A stretch of DNA of 64,000 nucleotides, from the NCBI RefSeq assembly GCF_964355755.1, contig NC_092674.1:21080001-21144000 (forward strand), in the 5' to 3' direction. This document shows positions 55,701 through 64,000 of this stretch, one piece after another. The notes beneath the pieces are model-generated. The model was not told where the DNA came from, did not search any database, and saw nothing but the letters and a program-made list of their open reading frames with translations. The position numbers were made by a program, and so were the translations under genes. This DNA is from Antedon mediterranea. Its lineage: Eukaryota > Animalia > Echinodermata. Numbering within the stretch: the first letter of the stretch is position 1; each line of letters begins with the position of its first letter.

Positions 55701-58700
55701 TACTGGTAAAATATTTACTAAACTTGTATTTTGTTCAATTTGGCAACAACTTGTCCTTGGGGGATGTCAGTGATGGATGTACCAGTATTGATCACTCTTT
55801 TTTTTCACGCTGCAGCTCTAGCCCGCTACGTCCCATTAGGACTATTCAATCAGAAGCTAAAGCAAGCAGCAGTTATAGTTCTAAGGACAGACAGTTTTGT
55901 GAAAATGGAAACTCCACTATGATTTATTGATTCCAGCTGCTACAGTAGACCCAAAAAACGGCTGGGAAAGAGTCTATTAGGACATGTCATGCTAAAATTT
56001 CCATTCCCTATATTCACTGTCAGTGTCAGATATTCATTGAATTATTATCGAAACAGTCCATTAAAGTTTGTGTTTGTAATAGGATACTTCACAATTGAAA
56101 TATCTAGGGTGATGAAGTGACCCCCAGATTTGACCTTAGCAATAAAATTAACTAAAATGACAGAAATTGAGTATTCACTTCTGTAACAAAAAAGTAATAT
56201 TTATTCACATATAAAAAATGAAAAGAAACCCCAAAAACATTGTCTGACAGACAATTTAAGTATTTGTTGCTTTAAATTACATTTTTTCAGGTAAAATAAA
56301 AATCTATTATGTGACAATAAAATGACACATTCAAAAACATTTGAAATAAAAAATATTTTTCAATAAGCGAGCAGCGTTTTTTGTAAGAAATATTTCTTGT
56401 TTAAATTTCTTTTGGTTTGTTTTTTGTCAGTTTTACACCCAGAATTGTCTATTCAATAATTTCGATATTTTTACACATGGCAGCGATCGGTTTAAATGTT
56501 CCAGATATTAGTCTAACATGCTTGCTTTCCAATTCCATGGCTCAATCCTACTTAGTTCTGGGATGTAACTCGCAACTGTTCAACTCCACTCCCTATCTCA
56601 AGTAAATGAAAAATGATTAGTTTATTCTTCTGTGTAATTGGAAAGTTACAGTACTTACAAGGACATCTCTCAGTGTTATTAATAGAAAATGTGTTTCCGA
56701 TATGATTTTGAAGTAAAGATTTACAGTATACTGTAACCCGAAAAACCTGAAAAAATTTTGAATAGGCCATTTCACAGGGTTTTTTTTAATAAGGTTAATA
56801 ACTTCTGAGTTCCGTAGAAAAAAAAATGTTTTCACTTGTAAAAAGAACAAACTAAGTTGTTAAATTCAACCAAAAACGCATTGACTTTCAGTAATATTGC
56901 CAGCTTGATGTAAATTACAGTTTTCAGGTAAATTTTTTTATCCAATTTTTGGTGAAAGTAGATCTGTAATATGTGACATTAAAATGGCATATTCAACAAA
57001 ATATGTTTTAAGAATTAATTTTTAGCAGGTCAATGAATGCAGATGAACATTTACAATACATTTTGTCAAAATCCATTCAGTAGGTTTGATTTAATCTTGA
57101 TAAAACTGACAAATAAACAAATGTGATTGCAACCTCCTTTACTTTGCAGAGGTTCATTATAAACCTTATTTTAACAATAATATCGTGACATAAACACAAC
57201 AAATCTATTGGTTCAACAGTTTCATAGGTGAACACCAGGAGCAAAACCATCCAGGATTAAGTATGTGCTAAAACTATGTTTTATGTGTTGACTTTCAAAC
57301 TTGAGTTATGTTACTGCAATTTAATAGGTGCTAATTGAATTATTGATTAATAAATATAATTTTGAGACAGTAACGGCCACCTTCACACTTGAAGTGTTGA
57401 TGTTTCATGTATAATTATAAACACCTAACAAAAACCAAAATTGCAAGATGGCCTAAAACAGAAAACACTGTAGTCTACAATAGGTTCTAAGCAGTGATTC
57501 CAGTGAAGATTCAGGATTATGAAATACTGTAAAGATGTTGATGTGTAGGGTTCGAGAGCAAAGGCTTAAACATTGTAAAATAAGGTGCTGAACTTAACTG
57601 TAACATAATGTCCTATCTTTTGCAATACAACTTGGGCAGGCCCATGGCAAATTTGTAAGCAAATTATGCTATTTTTTTATATAGCCGTAGTAAAAATAAT
57701 CATTAATTTTTCATCACAATCGTAGGCCATGATCAAGATTATTCCAAAAATGTCTGTAAATAGACTATCATTACTGTACAGTATGCTTGACATTTCACAA
57801 AGCCCTGAATTTAAAAAAAAACATTATTTTTTTAATTGGCCTAATCTTGAACTTAATAAAACACTATGACTTGTTGGCTTTTCAAGGTATATTGTTTTAA
57901 TAACCTTGATTCAGATTAATATGTATTGTGAAATCCAAAAAAAAAGTGAAAGTGACGTTAATATACCTAATATTGTTAAGCCGGAGGTTTATTGTTTTTA
58001 ATATAAATAATGTACAATAGAATTGTGTCATGATATTAGGAAATTATAGATCAGATTAGTTATTTCACTATGCAAGCATTCAAATTTAAAAGTTGGGGAT
58101 GTTAATATTTGTTTGACAGTTTTATTTGAGCATTATGGCTAGTTTTATAATAATACATTGCTGTATAGTGTTAATGTGTTAAATGACTTCCAGGAAATGC
58201 CTTATATTAACACTAGCTATTTTGCTTTTGTTATCAATGACATTGAAAAACATACTGTAATCATCAGTTGAGTTTATTACAGAAAATTTTCAATTGTTTT
58301 CTTGTTCAAATACTATCTACAGTATGCAGTACTGGGCCTACTGTATGACCCTATTAAATAAATTTCATGTACTTACTAATCATAGTTTCCGATTGCCATT
58401 TAATGTTTAAAAACATTCCTTATACAGTATATTTAGTTTAAAAAAAAAATGTATTTGGTGTTCAGATATTGAGTAAAGGGTCTTTCACACCTGTGCATAC
58501 AGCATTAGCGACTTTTCATATTCACAACACACCACATGGTTACACGTATATTGAGTAAAAGGATAGAAAACACAATTTTATTTACGAGAGCCGAACGGAG
58601 TCGGAACCTGAGCAGGTGTGAAAGACCCTTAAATATCACAGTATACAGTACCTGTAATAATAAATAAATGAATATAGTAGTCCAATTTTAAATTCAGAGT

Positions 58701-61700
58701 GGTACAGGGTTTAAAGAGAGAAATACGTGGGTTCTCAAAAGTTTTCTAGCATGGCCCCGATTGAGAATTAACCTTGTAAGCCAGATTTAGAAGTGTGTCT
58801 TCAACAACATCCCTGAACTCTTTTTTAAAAATGTACTCGCATGTCTGAACAAAAATCGGTTGAATCAGTAATTTTTTAATTGTGTTGTTTTGTTTATCAG
58901 GGCCTGGGTACTGGAGCCAAGTTACTTCACATTTTGACAAGACAACAGAGGTGGGAAGCAGCTAGTTCTTTTCATTTCCAATCCCAACATGTAAGTAGGA
59001 TTACACCAACAGATTTAGAGGATTAAACTTTACAGAAATGAAGCTTTGCAGTGTTTCGAGGACAACACTTAAGTTTTTACTAAAGCATATCAAAAAGTCA
59101 AAATAAATATTTTTATTCATTACAATGTTGCTGTGCAGTTAAGTTAGTACAGTCAAAAAATGTGTACTGTATAAAATGTTAACACACTAATTATAGAACG
59201 CTGGTTGTTGACGTCCCAATGTGTAAACTCCAGTATGTTGCAGTATTGTGAAAAGGGTGATACTTTAGGGCCTGTTTCTATTTAGAAAAAGAATTGGTTT
59301 TTCAAAATGTTTTTTACCCACAGAAATTCCTTTCAAATAACCCGATCTTAAATGCGGTATTAAAAACACCAATTGATTTCATTCCTGATCTTAAAAAATA
59401 TATGGAGCAGTTTTTAGCTGCATTCAATCTCAATCTGATCTGACTTCACTGAATGGCAGAATACTGTATCTCTGGATACTATAATGATACCATCACAAAA
59501 CCACAATTTATCACCAAATTGGCAACCAGTTGAGTGATTAACCTGTATTGGGAACATTCAAAATAAACCAAGAAACTGGTTTTAATAGAAACAGGCCCAT
59601 AATTTTTTAACTTTGTTAGATACCACAGTAATTTAAGAATTCAATGGCTTTATTATACTTTCTCCAAGATAAATAAGCTCCGGATAATGTAGGTGTTAAA
59701 GTCAAAGTATTTTGTTTATCTTGGCAGATTAATCGAACCTTGTATAAAATTATGAGTGCTTATATAGGTTTGCAGGTATTGTGGCATTATCTAAATTTCA
59801 ATTTATTTTTCAGGCAATTATACGATTAGCATGGATCCTCAATACCAACGCAGAGGTAAATATTACAATAATGATGTTTATGAGTGCAATGGTACAAATA
59901 TTTTCATGAGCTGAAAAGAGAACATTTCATCTTTCACTGAATGAACTCCAGGGTTTTGCGATAAGAATAAATAATATAAAGTATATAAAAGATAAAGTAG
60001 GGGAAAGTGAAAAGTTGAAGAATATTAACAAATAAAGTTTCAATACCACCATATGCTTTAATATTTGTATCTGTAAAAAAAATTAAATTGGTGATAAACT
60101 GTTGGTAACGACATAACTTGAAAATGTTATATTTACATTGATTTACAGTCTCCTGATTGTAATGCACTTAGTTAGAGCTTTAACTTATTTGTCCCTTCAA
60201 ACTTATGTTTGCAAATTATTTTGAAATAAATAGGCAAATACTTAAAAAGTGGTGGGCAGACCAAATATTCTCAATTGAGCTATTGAATATTATGTCCTGT
60301 TTGGTATTCAGACCTTTTAGAGAGGAAATTGTGGATTTTATCGTACTTAAAGCTCAGGTACAGGCATGAATTTTAAATATAATATTTGGTTAATTGTACA
60401 TAAATCAAATATTTGTAACAGAAATCAAGATGAAAAAACATGAATTTCCCTTAATATGGCCAAATACAAAATTTTGCAAAATTATTCCATAAAAACCAGG
60501 AAGACCTTTTTTCAGTAGTTAGGTATTTAACCTAATGTAATAACATGTCTTGTGACTCCCTAGAAGGTGAAAAAAGATGGTGGATATATGGTGGATAATT
60601 TTTGCTATAGCATGAAAATAAAAATTTGAAGTTGAATAAAAATTCCAGAAATGTAATATTCAAGTTATATTACCTATACTTAGTCATCTGCTAAAATTTT
60701 TTACCACACTGTTTATTTTTCGTAGCTTTTTAAAATGCCTCTCTATTTACAAACTGTTTGTACAAAAGAATAGAGATTTTACTTTGTAATTTGAACTATC
60801 CCCCCACTGATAAGAAAGTGCTTATTTTCAACAAGCTCTTGTAACACAAATAAAATCCCAAAAATTATGAAACATAGGGGAAACTATAGATCGATAATTA
60901 TTGGAATGTATGATCAATAGAAATTTTTTGCCCGCACCTGGCCTTTAAACAAACATACATTTAGTAAACGTATGGTGCAGTGTGTTGGACAGTGAATTAA
61001 TTGCCAGATCATGGGTTCAAATCCAACACTATTCACATTGCTTTTATCCTTAGGCAAGACATTTTAGTTTACTTATGTTTGCCTCTCTCTACCCAGGTGT
61101 AGAAATGTGTACCTGAAGGTCAAGATACAACTTGCCCTGATTACTAGCTGTATTATGGGAGTTTGATCAAAAAATGACAATAATATATATAGGGCTTAGA
61201 TATTTCACAGCACAAGGCGCTTTATAAATTCAGAATATTATTATTTTTATTTACATGTACAAGCATATAAAGCAAGTACCATACACTTTAATAACAAAAA
61301 TGATGGAAAGAATATGATACCGGCATTTGTATTACTCTATTAAAACATGATCAAATACTTTTTTTATTTTTATATTGCAATCCTACTACAACTACTACCT
61401 TTCAATAGTTGGCAGTTAAACAATTACTCTACTGTACTGTAGGCTACTATGAGAAGCTGTCATCATTATATCATTAATAAAAGTCACATAAATATTTAAA
61501 GAGATATTAACATTCTTCAGACAACATTAAATCAAACACTACAATAAATTGCCATTTTAATACAGTACTGAGCTTTAGTGTATTGATTGTTGTAATTTAT
61601 GGTGTTGGTAGTTTTATGTCAAGAAAAAGACAATGTTATATTGTCCAATAATCTTGCATTTATAGAGTAGCAGGGGTTTTATTCATCTGTTACTGGTCCC

Positions 61701-63721
61701 TGTCTGGTGCCGTTATGGTCACTTGTTTTATTAATAACAGGTGAAACTTGTCTGCTTACAGATTTTATCCACTGTATGTATATTATCAATAGGGACGTGA
61801 ACTAACACAATCCATTTTAAAGTTAATCTGAAAATGTTTATACCATTTTGACAAAATATTAACAGAACCTCCTGAGTAGATGAAGAACAGCATAATGTCC
61901 AATAAGGTTGATAAATACATTCTACAATTCTATTTTTGAATGCCATAAAACTGTTAACAATTATCTTGAAAACAAAAGAATCATATAAAACACTAACGCC
62001 CATATTCTTAAACCGGACTTTAGTCGTAGTTCGAAGTTCGACTTGGAAAAGTCGTAGTTCGAGCTATTACTTCAAATTCGATTCAAAAACGAAGTAGTCG
62101 AAGTTTGCAGTTCGACTTAATGAAGTCGAGCTTTTAGTCGAGTTGCACACGTCTGGGTAACAAAGGCTATACATTGGCCAATGACAAGAGAGTATTGAGG
62201 AGCAGACGAAATTTTGCGCATTGATATCACTTTCCATTTCTTACAACACTTTTTACGCATCAGGACTATACATGAAAAATAATTTTAATCGTTAATTATT
62301 AGAACAATATCAGTATTAATTTAACAGTGAAGTATATTTGATTAACAACAAATAAAATCTTAAAAATATATTTAGGAACCATGGCGGTACGGTAACTTTT
62401 ATATTTTCTAGGCCCCCAACAAAGTATGATCGCCACGAACCACGCACTTCATAGCGTGACAAGAAAGTGCTAGGCCCCCTAAACATTCCATCGCGTGGTG
62501 AATTGCCGCATCTCCCATTGTCGCTATGGCGTGACGTAGCTCAAGTCGGACTTGCGCGAAGAAAATAATGTAATTTGTATACAGTTGTAAATAAAGATGA
62601 TTTTCATTATTATAATTTATACCAATGTAATTAAGCTAATATAAATATAGATATTTCATTCTTCAATATCTGGCCAATATAACAACTCAAAGACTGATTA
62701 CGTTTTTTATAAACATCGTTTAAAAACCATTTAGTCGACCATTTAGTCTGCCCCCTCCAGGACTAAAAAAATCGATCAAAATCCGTCTCGATTTAGTCGA
62801 GGTTGGCCTGATTTAGTCGGTGATTTAGTTGAAGTTCGGTTTATGAATTAAAATGACGTCATTTTTTTAGTTTTAGCTCGAACTACGACTAAAGTCCGGT
62901 TTAAGAATACGGGCGTTAATCTGTGAATGTTAAATGTTAATTAAAAAATTAATCACTTTTTCCAGAAATGTTTAAAAGGATGTTTCTTTTTCCAATGTAA
63001 AACAAAACTATTTTTTCATTTCACCAATTTTTCATGTGATTTTTTTTCTTGTGATCTGAGGTTACAGATTGAATTTTTTTTTAGAATAACTTTGTTGTTT
63101 TTGCAGATAAAGAAAGAGGCTAAGGCTGGAAATGTGTTGTTTGGAACCCTTGAAACATGGCTTGTATGGAAACTTACTGGAGGTAAACCAAAGTAGTCAT
63201 TTATTAGAAGATGCAAGCTTCACCATTGTTAATACAATAAGACAAATGAATTTTGAATGGGGAGAGAATTTGTTTGTGTTGAATTATTTACTGTTCTATC
63301 AATATCAGTATACAAACACTACAGTCATTATTAAAACATTTGTTATTAACCAACTTTTTATTTTTGAATTGAATGTTGGGAGGCTAAAGACCATGAACAA
63401 TGGCTGGCACTAAATATTGGGCTGAGGAATAGAGCAGTAAAAGACAGTGTACACTACAATGGATTTCGATCCCACGTGTTTACAAAGACAGAGTTAAAAT
63501 GTTCAAAAATAATGCATGTCATGTGATACAAAATCAGCCAATCAAATGGCAAGAATTCACCTTCTATTAGTGTTAGCATTTTATAATTTCTAAGTTATAA
63601 TTCAATAAATATTATTGTATGATTGAATCGTAAATATGTATAATTTTTTTTTGTTACAGGCAAAGTACATGCAACAGAACCATCCAACATATGTTCAACT
63701 GTTTTATATGATGTTTTTAAG
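46714..63721 (+). CDS. GK5: Putative glycerol kinase 5 (FGGY family), first 8 exons; continues off the right edge
   Basis: Exons 46714-46842, 50824-50917, 51891-51966, 53215-53308, 58901-58990, 59814-59855, 63107-63182 and 63660-63721. Motifs [36 protein letters not shown], the GK5-type insert [30 protein letters not shown] and HATEPSN. Confidence 0.93.
47033..47501. mobile_element. Mutator-like MITE
   Basis: ~130-bp TIRs starting CGCCGTGGCTAAAGATACGGTACCGTA; 9-bp TSD AATTTTAAA. Confidence 0.92.
52165..52435 (-). mobile_element. 3' end of an RTE-clade LINE
   Basis: [28 protein letters not shown]...LKEEAQ resembles the RTE ORF C-terminus; short GACAAAGTA tandem tail. Confidence 0.65.
53866..53985. 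repeat. 39-bp tandem repeat, 3 copies
   Basis: TTTGAGTGTTGAGCACCCTCATTGGCCTATGGTATTGTC, exact copies. Confidence 0.95.
54099..54374. mobile_element. piggyBac-like MITE
   Basis: TTAA flanks; imperfect TIRs CCCTTTGAAGACGTG / CCTTTTAAGATGCG. Confidence 0.6.
58477..58629. mobile_element. PIF/Harbinger MITE
   Basis: Perfect 17-bp TIR AGGGTCTTTCACACCTG, TAA TSD; another left end at 47908. Confidence 0.9.
59268..59598. mobile_element. PIF/Harbinger-like MITE
   Basis: TIR GGGCCTGTTTCTATT, TTA/ATA flanks. Confidence 0.75.
60970..61250 (+). mobile_element. tRNA-derived SINE with conserved central domain and L2-like tail
   Basis: TGGTGCAGTG and GGGTTCAAATCC boxes, CCTTAGGCAAGACA...CTACCCAGGTGTAGAAATG.GTACC core, GCGCTTTATAAAT-(ATT)n end; related relic at ~49980-50205. 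Confidence 0.7.
61997..62915. mobile_element. PIF/Harbinger-like MITE
   Basis: 38-bp TIR CGCCC(A/G)TATTCTTAAACCGGACTTTAGTCGTAGTTCGA, TAA/TTA flanks, subterminal TTAGTCG repeats. Confidence 0.88.
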
Positions 63722-64000
63722 GTGATTTGTTGTTTTAAATATCCTATTTTTATTACATTTAAATGCTTCTTTATTCAATTCAGTTCAATTTTTAAATACC
63801 TAGCTCGGCCTAGTCTTTAGACAAAAGGCATTTCATGATTGTTTTAATGAGAGCGGCGTATGTTGTGTATGCGGAACATGTGTTGCGTTCTACACTTTCG
63901 TTCAGAATTCAGACAAAGTACATAATTAATGCAAACTGTTATGCAAATGAGTAGAGTGTTGAGAATGTTTATGTGCTTGTGCAAAAACCTTCTATATCGT

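Overview
AT-rich, intron-rich animal genomic DNA, inferred to be from an invertebrate deuterostome, possibly an echinoderm. It is not prokaryotic and no CRISPR array is present. Genes reconstructed by hand from GT-AG exons, left to right: the 5' seven exons of an FMR1/FXR-family gene (-); a class A GPCR pseudogene (-); a duplicated QPD-type C-type-lectin/mucin locus (-); three intron-containing tRNA-Ile(UAU) genes in a ~1.28-kb tandem array with decayed tRNA-Ser copies; a complete 8-exon ectodysplasin-like collagen-TNF ligand (+, ~364 aa); an uncharacterised PIP-box gene or pseudogene (-); a ~39-finger C2H2 array decaying at its 3' end (+); and the first eight exons of GK5 (+). Introns carry many non-autonomous transposons: pogo/Tigger, Mutator-like, PIF/Harbinger and piggyBac MITEs, Helitrons, SINEs, LINE tails and a Penelope-type hammerhead ribozyme. 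The most unusual signal is a pervasive set of TA-flanked micro-insertions (TAGGCCTA about 35 times by manual count, plus TACAGTA/TACTGTA). In two paralogous comparisons the TAGGCCTA-type motif is present in one copy and absent from the other at a TA, consistent with transposon excision scars. P-element-like TIR footprints are also present. All counts are manual and no database searches were run.
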